Assembly (NCBI GenBank): GCA_945861645.1
Contig: CAMAVZ010000030.1
Span: forward strand, 1 to 19,637
Source: Opitutus sp. GAS368
GTDB taxonomy: Bacteria; Verrucomicrobiota; Verrucomicrobiia; Opitutales; Opitutaceae
Length of the DNA stretch: 19,637 nt
Reading direction: 5' to 3'
The first letter of the stretch is position 1. Every line of letters starts with the position of its first letter. A program made the translations under genes and the position numbers. The notes below the pieces were generated by a model. That model ran no database searches. It saw nothing but the letters and a program-made list of their open reading frames with translations, and was not told the origin of the DNA. Below, piece after piece: positions 1 to 8,677 of the stretch.

Positions 1-509
1 GCCACCTCGGCCCAATGTGATTTTTTATAGCCGGGCCAACTGCGTAGATCGAGGGCGGGGGCATCGAGGTAAAGCGCCGCCACGCGCGCGGGATAGGTTG
101 CGGCAAAATTAAAGGCATAGAGTCCCCCGCGGCTAAAGCCTTCAAGCACGACCTGCGGCGCCAACTGATGTTGACGCAGCAACTGCTTATAATACGCATC
201 AAAAATCTCGATCGCTGCGGGCGAACCATAGCGATCACTCGCGTTAATATAGGCGTAGTGCCAACCGCGGGCCAATAAGGCCAAGGCAACCTGCGGAGCG
301 TGCCGATCACCAAACCATTCCGCCCGCCACAACCAAGGCCGCCCCGGGGCAACTACTTTGGGTAAAATCAAAATCGCCGGCTGCCCCGCAACGACAAAAT
401 CGAGCCGCTCATAACCGTGCCATTCTGATTGGGTCACCCCCGGCCCTTGCGCGGCAAAAAGCCCCCCGGCTAAATGAGCAAAAATTAAAAATCTAAAAAT
501 ACTGCGCAT
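1..509 (-). CDS. Secreted alpha/beta-fold hydrolase (esterase-like), 3' end outside the window
   Basis: Not in the ORF track; translated by hand from ATG at 509: MRSIFRFLIFAHLAGGLFAAQGPG...GRPWLWRAEWFG...LLARGWHYAY...VVLEGFSRGGLYAFNFAATYPARVAALYLDAP. The frame is open to base 1. It has the nucleophile elbow G-F-S-R-G-G and an N-terminal signal-like segment. Confidence 0.85.
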   Translation of the reverse strand, partial: MRSIFRFLIFAHLAGGLFAAQGPGVTQSEWHGYERLDFVVAGQPAILILPKVVAPGRPWLWRAEWFGDRHAPQVALALLARGWHYAYINASDRYGSPAAIEIFDAYYKQLLRQHQLAPQVVLEGFSRGGLYAFNFAATYPARVAALYLDAPALDLRSWPGYKKSHWAEV

Positions 510-563
510 AAAGCTTAGGCGCGCTGGGCCATTTTCTCATGAGCGAATGAGGGCGGTCGGCCA

Positions 564-941
564 TTACTGAGCGGGCGGCGCGTTGCGCCGGGCGGTACAG
601 CCGATCACGGCCATCCAGCTGCCGATCAAAATGAGCGCGTAAAACTCCCGACCGCGAATGATCGCTTCATTCATCATATGCCATTCCGCCACCAAGCTGC
701 TAAGCGGGGTATGCCATGCACCGACGCGTAAATACTGAATCTCCCAGAGGGCACAGATCGCCAGCACGCCAAAGGCGAGATAGCGCGAGGACCGTCCCGC
801 CGCGGCCAAACCGGCCGCGAGAGCGCTCATGCCATAGAGGAGAATCCACGGCGCGGGATTAGGGTCATTGAATTGCAGTGCGACCGAAAAAGCAAAGAGC
901 CCAGCCATAATCCCGTGAGCAAGCCGAAGCATAAATGGCAT
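564..941 (-). CDS. TMEM220-family small integral membrane protein (about 4 TM helices)
   Basis: 125 aa, four hydrophobic segments, QFNDPNPAPWILLY motif (family pattern QxNDPD..W..Y) and a late RE..L.....W motif. Confidence 0.75.
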   Translation of the reverse strand: MPFMLRLAHGIMAGLFAFSVALQFNDPNPAPWILLYGMSALAAGLAAAGRSSRYLAFGVLAICALWEIQYLRVGAWHTPLSSLVAEWHMMNEAIIRGREFYALILIGSWMAVIGCTARRNAPPAQ

Positions 942-979
942 GATTTTATAAATGAGAAATTCAGGAACGGGGCAGCGGT

Positions 980-2092
980 TTATTCTTTCACGTTAACTAA
1001 TTCCAGCGCGGCCACGCCGCCAGGGTTCCAAGCGGTGAAGAGTATGTAAACTTTAGCGTCAGCCCCCTGCCCCACGATATACCAGCAGGCATCGTGGATA
1101 TGCTGGGCATAATCAAAGCCCAAATCTTCTTTGGGACGAATGGTGCTCACCACCGCCTTGGTTTTGAGATTAATGATGTAGAGTGGACCGGGCTTTTGGT
1201 CCGGACCATCCAGGCAAGGCACCAGCAAGTAGTCACCCCAGAGATCGGTATCGCAGGCGGTGCTGCCCTTTGGCAATTGATGCACCGCGAGCGTTTGCTT
1301 GGTGGCGGGCGACCATTCAACCACTCGCGCCTCTGGCCGAGCTGACAAGTAAAGCTCTCCCCGCGCGGCATCGAAGGTGATACCGTGCGGTGTCTTGCTC
1401 AAACTATCACCGCCATAAAAATTCCCCCGATAAGCCAAGGGATGTAGGTCCGCATCCATGAACCAATGCCGACCATAACCATCAGTGATCCAGACCGTAT
1501 TTTTGTCCCCAAAAGCTGCATCAGTCGGCGCCCAGCCCTTGCCGTCAGCGTAGGGTCCACCCGTGGGAATCTTTAATTTCTCCACCTGCTGGAAGCTCGT
1601 GTCGGAAAGCAAAATCTCTCCCTCCACATTGTCTGCCGCAATCACCAGCGGCAGCTGACCCGCCCGCGGCATTAGGTCGGCCCCGTGCAAATTGCCGGAG
1701 CTAATCGCCGGGTCGCTCTTAACAATCCAGGATTTTGTCAGGCGATCGCTGAAGGCGACCCAACCCACGTTTGCTAGGCCCCAATATGCAATATCGTGCT
1801 CTGCATCGACGATAATCGTCCCGTGCGCGCCTTTGACCAAGGCTTGCGCCTCAGCCGGCACCGGCATGGTGCCGCGCGCCGGGGCAAACTTCCAGAAACC
1901 TTGTCCGCTGGTCAGCAGTTCGGGCGTCCGCTCAATCGCGCTCGGCGCCGATACCGGCCCCTGCGTTTCGACTTCGAAGTGCACGGGCACCGGCGTAGTC
2001 GCATCGGCATGGGGTGTGCCGGTTTCATGCGCCGACAATCCAGTGACCGTAGCGGCAAAAATAGCCGCGAGCAAACAGCGGAGGGTAATCAT
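980..2092 (-). CDS. Secreted NHL-type six-bladed beta-propeller, PAL (alpha-amidating lyase)-like
   Basis: I prefer ATG 2092 to the track's TTG 2134 because it places a signal peptide (MITLRCLLAAIFAATVTGLSA|H) at the N-terminus. Blade motifs: AHGTIIVD, LHGADL, PTDAAF..WITDGYG, PHGITFD..LYLSAR, ACDTDL, IHDACW. Confidence 0.7.
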   Translation of the reverse strand: MITLRCLLAAIFAATVTGLSAHETGTPHADATTPVPVHFEVETQGPVSAPSAIERTPELLTSGQGFWKFAPARGTMPVPAEAQALVKGAHGTIIVDAEHDIAYWGLANVGWVAFSDRLTKSWIVKSDPAISSGNLHGADLMPRAGQLPLVIAADNVEGEILLSDTSFQQVEKLKIPTGGPYADGKGWAPTDAAFGDKNTVWITDGYGRHWFMDADLHPLAYRGNFYGGDSLSKTPHGITFDAARGELYLSARPEARVVEWSPATKQTLAVHQLPKGSTACDTDLWGDYLLVPCLDGPDQKPGPLYIINLKTKAVVSTIRPKEDLGFDYAQHIHDACWYIVGQGADAKVYILFTAWNPGGVAALELVNVKE

Positions 2093-2189
2093 AATGGGTA
2101 AGATTTTATAGAGCTGAGCAAGTGAATGAGCCAAAAGAGTGCTGCGGTCAGCAGAATATTAAAGCTGAGCAAAAGACCAAGGCGAAGAG

Positions 2190-3641
2190 TTAGCTCAAAA
2201 TCCCCTTAACGACACTGCCGTGCACGTCAGTGAGGCGATAGTTGCGCCCCTCGAACTTGAAGGTCAGGCGCTCGTGATCAAAGCCCAGTTGATTGAGCAA
2301 CGTCGCCTGCAAATCGTGCACGTGGACTTTGTCGCGCGTAATATTGAAACCGAGCTCGTCGGTTTCGCCATAAGACAAGCCCCCTTTGATACCCCCGCCA
2401 GCCAGAATCATGGTGTAACAATCGGGATAATGATCGCGGCCCAAAATTTCGCCGGTCGAGGTTCGGCCTTCGCGAAAGGGCGTCCGCCCGAATTCACCCC
2501 CGAGTACAATCAGCGTGTCTTCCAACAGGCCGCGTTGGCGCAAATCATTAATGAGCGCAGCGACCGGCCGATCCATTGTGTTACATTTTTTCGTCAGCCC
2601 ACCCCGAATATCTTCTAATTCTGAGGTGCCATGGAAATCCCAACCCCAATCAAAGAGTTGCACAAACCGCACCCCTTGTTCGACCAAGCGCCGCGCGAGC
2701 AAACAATTATTGGCAAAACTTGATTCACCGGGCTGCGCCCCGTACGCCGCAATCGTGGCGGGGGTTTCCCGCGAGATGTCCATCACCTCAGGGACCGACA
2801 TCTGCATGCGGTAAGCCAATTCGTATTGGGCGATGCGTGTACGCGTCTCCGGATGGCCCAAGGCGCTCGCTTGGAGTTCATTCAACTCCTGCAAGGCATC
2901 GAGACTATCGCGGCGCAAATCACGAGTGAACCCAGCGGGGTCGGCCGCATAGAGGACGGGGTCGCCCTTAGAGCGACACTGCACGCCTTGGAACACCGAA
3001 GGCAGAAAGCCGCTGCTATAAGAATTTTTCCCACCGTTTGGTTGAACGCCGCTTGAAATGAGCGCCACAAATCCAGGGAGATTTTGATTTTCCGTGCCGA
3101 GTCCATACGTGACCCAAGAACCCAGCGAGGGCCGCCCCGCTCGCGGCGAGCCCGTCAAAAGCAATAGCTCTGCCGGCGCATGATTAAATTGATCAGTGTT
3201 CATCGAATGGATGATACAGAGATCGTCTGCCACCGTGTGCAGATGCGGAATCGCATCGGACATCCAATGGCCGCTGCGACCATATTGAGCGAACGTGCGC
3301 GGGCTTCCCATCAGCTTGGGCTTGCCGGCGGTGAAGGCGAATTTTTTCCCTTTAATAAAATCATCAGGACAATCCTGCCCATCACGCTTCACCAACTCGG
3401 GTTTATAATCGAAGAGATCAAGATTAGGCGGCGAACCGGTGAGATGCAGATAGATAATCCGTTTTGCCTTTGGGGCGAAATGAGGGAGCCGAGCGGCGAG
3501 TGGATTGGTCGCCGCCGCTGACGCCGCAAAAGCATTACGTCCCAGTAAAGAGCTCAGCGCGATGGCACCTAAGCCCATGGCTGATTCCTTCAGAAAATGA
3601 CGGCGCGTAGATTGAACCAGAGAGTCGAGGTAAGGATTCAT
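2190..3641 (-). CDS. DUF1501 domain protein (sulfatase/alkaline-phosphatase-like fold) with Tat signal
   Basis: Twin-arginine STRRHFLK. Typical DUF1501 motifs: PKAKRIIYL, DLFDYKP, FNHAPA, RPSLGSWVTYGLG, CLLARRLVEQGVRFVQ, WDFH, GEFGRTP, GRDH, VHVHDLQAT, RLTDVHG. Its start is 13 bp downstream of the DUF1553 gene's stop. Confidence 0.93.
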   Translation of the reverse strand: MNPYLDSLVQSTRRHFLKESAMGLGAIALSSLLGRNAFAASAAATNPLAARLPHFAPKAKRIIYLHLTGSPPNLDLFDYKPELVKRDGQDCPDDFIKGKKFAFTAGKPKLMGSPRTFAQYGRSGHWMSDAIPHLHTVADDLCIIHSMNTDQFNHAPAELLLLTGSPRAGRPSLGSWVTYGLGTENQNLPGFVALISSGVQPNGGKNSYSSGFLPSVFQGVQCRSKGDPVLYAADPAGFTRDLRRDSLDALQELNELQASALGHPETRTRIAQYELAYRMQMSVPEVMDISRETPATIAAYGAQPGESSFANNCLLARRLVEQGVRFVQLFDWGWDFHGTSELEDIRGGLTKKCNTMDRPVAALINDLRQRGLLEDTLIVLGGEFGRTPFREGRTSTGEILGRDHYPDCYTMILAGGGIKGGLSYGETDELGFNITRDKVHVHDLQATLLNQLGFDHERLTFKFEGRNYRLTDVHGSVVKGILS

Positions 3642-3654
3642 GGGGGCAGGCCGC

Positions 3655-6600
3655 TTACGGCTTCATGAGGAATTCATCTAAATTGAAAAGGACATTACCG
3701 ACCACGGTCCAAGCGGCTAGATCGGCCAGATTCATTTGCGCCGGGGCGGCCCCGAGGGGATTCGTCGCTACGGCCAAAGCCTGGGCCGCATCCCGAGCAA
3801 AGCGGGCCTGTGATTTGGCGTACAATGCCAGCAGCGCTTTTTGCTCCGGGGGCTTCGGCGCACGCAACAAGACCAAGGCAAAACCGTGCGCTAGTTTCTC
3901 GGCCGGTGAGCCGCTTACTACCGCCATACGCCGAGCGAGGCTCTGCGCAGCCTCAATATAAACCGGATCGTTAAGCGTCACGAGAGCCTGGAGTGGAGTG
4001 TTCGAACGCTCCCGCCGCACCAGACAAACTTCGCGACTCGGCGCGTCAAAAGTGCTCATGGACGGATAAGGATTGGACCGGCGCCAAGCCGTATAAACCC
4101 CCCGGCGATAGCGATCCTCGCCTTCGCTGGTCTGCCAATCAAGCCCGGTACCAAAAGCCGAACTAACCCCTAATTTAGGCTGAAGCGGATGCACGGGAGC
4201 TCCGTACATTTTCTGGCTAAGTAAGCCACTCACCCCGAGCGTTTGGTCACGGATCATCTCGGCGGTCAGGCGGAAGCGCGGACCACGCGCGAGTAATTGA
4301 TTAGCTGAATCTCGCGCCAGGGCGGCTGCGGAAATTTGGGATGACTGTTGATAAGTTGACGAGGTTACCATCAACCGCAGCAAATGCTTCACATCCCAGT
4401 GGCTCTCGCGAAATTCTACCGCGAGCCAATCGAGTAACTCGGGATGCGACGGCAAGTCCCCTTGCGACCCAAAATCTTCCGTGGTGCGCACTAGGCCTAG
4501 ACCAAAAATGGATTCCCAAAATAAATTAGCGATCACGCGCGAGGTCAGCGGATTTTTAGAATCAACAATCCACTGCGCAAGCCCGAGCCGATTGGGCTGC
4601 GCGAGGGCCGGCATCGGATGCAGCGCGCCCGGCAGCCCAGGGGTGACGGCCGCCCCCAGATCGAGATAGTTACCGCGCCGCTGAATGTGGGTCTCGCGCA
4701 TTTTAACCCCCGCCAACTCGCTCATGACCGGCACCGTGGCGTAAGGTTCGATCAACTCCAAACGCTGAGTAATCGTTTGAAATTGTGCCCGCGTGGAAGC
4801 TAAGGCCGGCGCGTACGTCATGTAATAAGCCGTAGCGATTTCACGATCAGCGGGCGGGCGCACCGCCGCCGGCACCTTGAGGGCTTCGACCACGGGCCCG
4901 AGCGCGCGCGTAACCTCAATCGCTCGTTGATTAGCCGTCGTGGCGAGGCGCAATTTAGGCAGCGTATGATTTTTCTTTTTGGATAATTGCTCGATCATCA
5001 CCGTCAACTGCGCCCCCGCCGGCACCATCACCGGCACTTCGGGCAAGAGCACGATGGTATGCGGCCGACCGCTCTGACCACCCACCGCCCAACCTTGATC
5101 GCGCCCCGCCTTAGTATTTAAAACTGACCACGGCCGGAAACCGTCCTGCGTCACGTCGGCATGCGCGGTAATAAAGGTGAGTGGCTGCACGGCACTGACC
5201 GCTAATTCCAGCCGAGCGGCCGGGGCCGGCGACACCGTGGTGCTCCAGATGGCCACGCGGTTTTCATCAAGCAAGGTGACCTGAGCTTCCGTAAGCGGAC
5301 TGACTCCATTACCTTCGGCGGGGCTCCAGACTACTAAACGCTCCACCGCCTGTAGGCTTTTAAGATCTAGCTCCCACCAGGGATTAGCTGTCGCTTGGGT
5401 CAGGGTCGCCAAGATCTTTGCCGGCGCCTTACTAGGCATCAGGCCATCGATGGCTAACTTCGCTACCGCTTCACCCACCGTGCTGCTTTGGCTCGCGGCG
5501 CCCATTGGCGCGACATTGTCGCCGTTACTAAACACTTCCACTTCTTGCAGTGACAACGCTTGGGCTTGGCCCGGCAATTCAAACCGAAGATAACGCCCCT
5601 TCACCTCATGAGCTCCGGCGGGAATCAGCGCAGCGCGAATGCGCGTAATGACAAATTCACCCGCATTGGAAACCGGCCCTGGAGGTGGCGGCAGATCAGA
5701 AGGAAAAGTTTCCAGCCGGAGCGCGGTCATGGCCTGGGCCTCGACTGCGCCGGTGAAAGTATAAATATCAGTCTCTCCCTTACGCGCTACCGTGATCACG
5801 CCATCAGGGGCTTTGACCATCGCGGCACCCGCTTGGGATTTTAATTCAGTGGGGGCCAACGTCTGCCAACCAAGCGGACGCGCAAACGCAGCCTCCCACT
5901 CTGGTTGCGCCGCCAATAAAGCGGGCGTTCGGGTGTTGAGAGTTTTTTCTAACGCCGCCAATTCCGTAGCCATCTGCTGCCGCTGGGCTTTTCGTTCAGT
6001 CGTAAACAAAGGTAAAACTGGCGCCTCATCTTGCCGGTCAGCATCGGCCGTATTATTAAGCATAGCGAACAGGCGGAAATAATCTTTCTGCGTGAACGGA
6101 TCGTATTTGTGCGTGTGACATTGCGCGCACGCCATCGTAGAACCCATCCACACCGTCATCGTGGTATTCACGCGATCGACGACAGCCATATTGCGAAATT
6201 CTTCGTCGATCGTGCCCCCTTCGTTATTCGTGGTGGTGTTACGATGAAAGGCGGTGGCGATTAATTGATCCTCGGTTGGGTGCGGCAGGAGATCGCCCGC
6301 CAATTGCTCAATGGTAAATTGGTCAAAGGGCTTATTCGCATTAAACGATCGAATGAGATAGTCGCGATAAGCCCAAATCATGCGGAGTGGATCATCTGAA
6401 TAGCCTGCGGAATCGGCATAACGCGCCTGGTCGAGCCAGAGCCGAGCCCAGTGTTCGCCAAAAGTATTTTGCGCGAGCAAGCGATCAACCAAACGTTCGT
6501 AAGCGTCCGGCGCCTGGTCCGCGATGAAGTGCTCAACCTCGGCCGGCGTAGGGGCCAAGCCCGTCAGGTCGAGTGAGACCCGCCGCGCGAGAGTCGCCCG

Positions 6601-7182
6601 ATCGGCTTTCGGCGCCGAGGTTAATTTCTCTCGATCAAGGCGATTCAGCACAAAGTGATCAATCGGATTGGCTGGCCAAGTCGGTTGACTAACGGACGGT
6701 ACCACCGGGCGCACCGGGGGAACATAAGACCAGTGCTCAGCGTAGGGTGCCCCTTGCGCGATCCACTTTTTCAGCAGCGCCTTTTGCGCATCCGTCAATA
6801 TTTTACCAGTTTTCAACGGCGGCATCAGATCATTTTCATCGCTGGCCATGACCCGCAGAAAAAGTTCACTCTGGTCCGGGGCGCCCGGTACAATGGCGGT
6901 CCGATCATCCATGAGAGTCAAGGCCCCCGCGCGGGTATCGAGCCGCATGCCGCCGTGGCCTTTTTCCCCACCTTTGCGGTTCTCCTCATCCGGACCGTGA
7001 CAACGGATGCAATTTTCAGAAAGCACCGGCCGAATATCGCGATTAAAATCAATCGGGGCTTCAGGCGCGACCACGCCGCGAGCCACCGTAGCCAAAGCAC
7101 TCAACCCACCCCAGAGCAACCACCGCATAGACCGAGGGCGAGCCGGCCACGAGGCTAGTCTGTTTACTAAATAATTAACCAT
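3655..7182 (-). CDS. PSD1/planctomycete cytochrome c domain protein (PSCyt1 + DUF1549 + inserted jelly-roll domains + DUF1553)
   Basis: DFNRDIRPVLSENCIRCHGPD (CxxCH at 6997-7011), HWSYVPP, NPIDHF, RRVSLDLTGL, GEHWARLWLDQARYADS, CAQCHTHKYDP (CxxCH at 6115-6129), RLGLAQW..NPLTSRV, PSHPELLDWLA, RLTAEMIRD, RRGVY, SNTPLQALVTLN. The start is uncertain: ATG 7182 is chosen, GTG 7293 and a later ATG are possible. Confidence 0.93.
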   Translation of the reverse strand: MVNYLVNRLASWPARPRSMRWLLWGGLSALATVARGVVAPEAPIDFNRDIRPVLSENCIRCHGPDEENRKGGEKGHGGMRLDTRAGALTLMDDRTAIVPGAPDQSELFLRVMASDENDLMPPLKTGKILTDAQKALLKKWIAQGAPYAEHWSYVPPVRPVVPSVSQPTWPANPIDHFVLNRLDREKLTSAPKADRATLARRVSLDLTGLAPTPAEVEHFIADQAPDAYERLVDRLLAQNTFGEHWARLWLDQARYADSAGYSDDPLRMIWAYRDYLIRSFNANKPFDQFTIEQLAGDLLPHPTEDQLIATAFHRNTTTNNEGGTIDEEFRNMAVVDRVNTTMTVWMGSTMACAQCHTHKYDPFTQKDYFRLFAMLNNTADADRQDEAPVLPLFTTERKAQRQQMATELAALEKTLNTRTPALLAAQPEWEAAFARPLGWQTLAPTELKSQAGAAMVKAPDGVITVARKGETDIYTFTGAVEAQAMTALRLETFPSDLPPPPGPVSNAGEFVITRIRAALIPAGAHEVKGRYLRFELPGQAQALSLQEVEVFSNGDNVAPMGAASQSSTVGEAVAKLAIDGLMPSKAPAKILATLTQATANPWWELDLKSLQAVERLVVWSPAEGNGVSPLTEAQVTLLDENRVAIWSTTVSPAPAARLELAVSAVQPLTFITAHADVTQDGFRPWSVLNTKAGRDQGWAVGGQSGRPHTIVLLPEVPVMVPAGAQLTVMIEQLSKKKNHTLPKLRLATTANQRAIEVTRALGPVVEALKVPAAVRPPADREIATAYYMTYAPALASTRAQFQTITQRLELIEPYATVPVMSELAGVKMRETHIQRRGNYLDLGAAVTPGLPGALHPMPALAQPNRLGLAQWIVDSKNPLTSRVIANLFWESIFGLGLVRTTEDFGSQGDLPSHPELLDWLAVEFRESHWDVKHLLRLMVTSSTYQQSSQISAAALARDSANQLLARGPRFRLTAEMIRDQTLGVSGLLSQKMYGAPVHPLQPKLGVSSAFGTGLDWQTSEGEDRYRRGVYTAWRRSNPYPSMSTFDAPSREVCLVRRERSNTPLQALVTLNDPVYIEAAQSLARRMAVVSGSPAEKLAHGFALVLLRAPKPPEQKALLALYAKSQARFARDAAQALAVATNPLGAAPAQMNLADLAAWTVVGNVLFNLDEFLMKP

Positions 7183-7354
7183 GACAGAGAGAGACAAAGG
7201 GCGGGGCAGCACGGGGGTTCGTTGTCGAAATGAAACGACGAAGACGACTTTGGCAATCCCCCGCGTGCTTACAGCTAGAATATTAATCGCCACAGTGAAT
7301 TTTCATTTAATCCCTGGGGCCGTCCCCGCGCGCTGACGCTGAGCTCCATTTTTT

Positions 7355-7385
7355 AAAATAAAAAATTCGCTGGGGACAGCCAGCG
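7355..7385 (-). terminator. Probable intrinsic terminator after tRNA-Leu
   Basis: Minus strand reads CGCTGG-CTGTCC-CCAGCG followed by AATTTTTTATTTT, starting 12 nt after the tRNA CCA. Confidence 0.55.
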
Positions 7386-7397
7386 GACTTTAAAAAA

Positions 7398-7482
7398 TGG
7401 TGCCCGAGGACGGACTCGAACCGTCATGCTGTTAGGCACAGGCTTCTGAGACCTGCGTGTCTACCAATTCCACCACCCGGGC
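7398..7482 (-). tRNA. tRNA-Leu(CAG), 85 nt, CCA encoded
   Basis: Reverse complement is GCCCGGGTGGTGGAATTGGTAGACACGCAGGTCTCAGAAGCCTGTGCCTAACAGCATGACGGTTCGAGTCCGTCCTCGGGCACCA: acceptor stem GCCCGGG/CTCGGGC, anticodon loop CT-CAG-AA, long variable arm, T-loop GGTTCGAGTCC, discriminator A. Confidence 0.97.
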
Positions 7483-7628
7483 TAAAAACTGAAGGGTCAT
7501 GGATACGCCCCGTCTCGAGTGGCGCAAGGATTTTGTTGGCGCGCCCAGACCTCGATCTTGCGCTGAAATATTGCAGCTAAAATCGGGCCTGATCATTCGC
7601 GCGATGCCGGAGAATATTTTTTCCCGAT

Positions 7629-8459
7629 TCAACGTACCGCACGCGCCAACCAGGCGCGGGGCGCCGCTCCATATCGTTGACGAAACATGCGGTAAAAGTG
7701 CGAAACGTCGTTAAAACCGCAGGAAAACATGACGCCCATGATCGAATGTTCGCCGCGCTGTAACAGCGTCGCCGCATGCGCCAGTCGCAGGTCATTGAGC
7801 ACCGCCCAAAATGTGCGCCCAGCGGCGGCTCGAAATAAGTCCGTGAACCGACGACGCGAGAGCCCCGCGCGGGCCGCCGCATGGTCGAGATCCCACTCAT
7901 CATAAAAAGTCTCCTCGATTTCCCGCCGCACCGCCGCCACCCGCGCACCCGCCTCGGCCCCGCCGGCTTGAGCGGGCAACCGAGCTAATAATACGAGCGT
8001 CTGCGCCGCCATGGCTCGAACGGTGATGCCCCCACCGAGCCGGACGGGCTGGGCTTCCACCATCGCCTGACGCCACATGCCTTCCAACCGCTGCCGGCCC
8101 GGTCGACTGAGTTCGAGCCGACGATCGACCACGCGGGTCAACGGCAGCCACAACCGCGCCAACTCAGGCTCCCGATTGAGAAAATCGCCACTCAGACAGA
8201 GCAGCAGCAAAATCGAGGGCGCTTGATCCGTAATCGTATGCGTCACCCCCCGCGGCACGATCAAAACGCTCCCCGCCCCCGCTGCCACCGGCACGGCTCG
8301 ACGTTTTTCCCGATAAGCTACCTTTCCGGATAACACATAAATTAATTTATGATAAGGATCTGTCCGCTCCGCCATGCGAAAGCCGACCGCGTGTGCGCTC
8401 TCAGCAAAGCGGACCCCGTAGTCGGGTAACGTGACAATAATGGGTCGAGAAACGCGCAT
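7629..8459 (-). CDS. AraC/XylS-family transcriptional regulator (cupin sensor + double HTH)
   Basis: N-terminal cupin-like segment (HKLIYVLSG..VPRGVTH). C-terminal AraC signature: AARAGLSRRRFTDLFR..G..F..LNDLRLAHAATLL..SIMGVMFSCGFNDVSHFYRMFRQRYGAAP. ATG 8459 is preferred to TTG 8507. Confidence 0.92.
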   Translation of the reverse strand: MRVSRPIIVTLPDYGVRFAESAHAVGFRMAERTDPYHKLIYVLSGKVAYREKRRAVPVAAGAGSVLIVPRGVTHTITDQAPSILLLLCLSGDFLNREPELARLWLPLTRVVDRRLELSRPGRQRLEGMWRQAMVEAQPVRLGGGITVRAMAAQTLVLLARLPAQAGGAEAGARVAAVRREIEETFYDEWDLDHAAARAGLSRRRFTDLFRAAAGRTFWAVLNDLRLAHAATLLQRGEHSIMGVMFSCGFNDVSHFYRMFRQRYGAAPRAWLARAVR

Positions 8460-8677
8460 CAGAAAATCCGGTTTTCCACTTACTGCCCGATATACTAATA
8501 AAGACAAGCCCTATGCGCCAAGACGCTTGGGTCGAAATTTGCTAAAGTTAATGATGAAGTTTTTTTTCGCGGCCTCGTCGCACCCACTGCTCAGCCTTTC
8601 GGCCCAGCTGGCTGGCCCGCGGCTTAATTTAATCACCCCAACCACGCTTAGATCAGCCCGCACCATTCACTCCCACG

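Noticed and set aside
7398-7482. tRNA-Leu as the attachment site of an integrated element
   Set aside because: No integrase and no direct repeat of the tRNA 3' end in the window.
7432-7948. Short ORFs 7432-7632, 7499-7714 and 7577-7948
   Set aside because: They overlap the tRNA or the AraC gene and have no recognisable motifs.
8510-8550. GCTAAAG upstream of ligM as the 3' end of a SAM-II riboswitch
   Set aside because: No matching GAUUU segment or P1 helix upstream.
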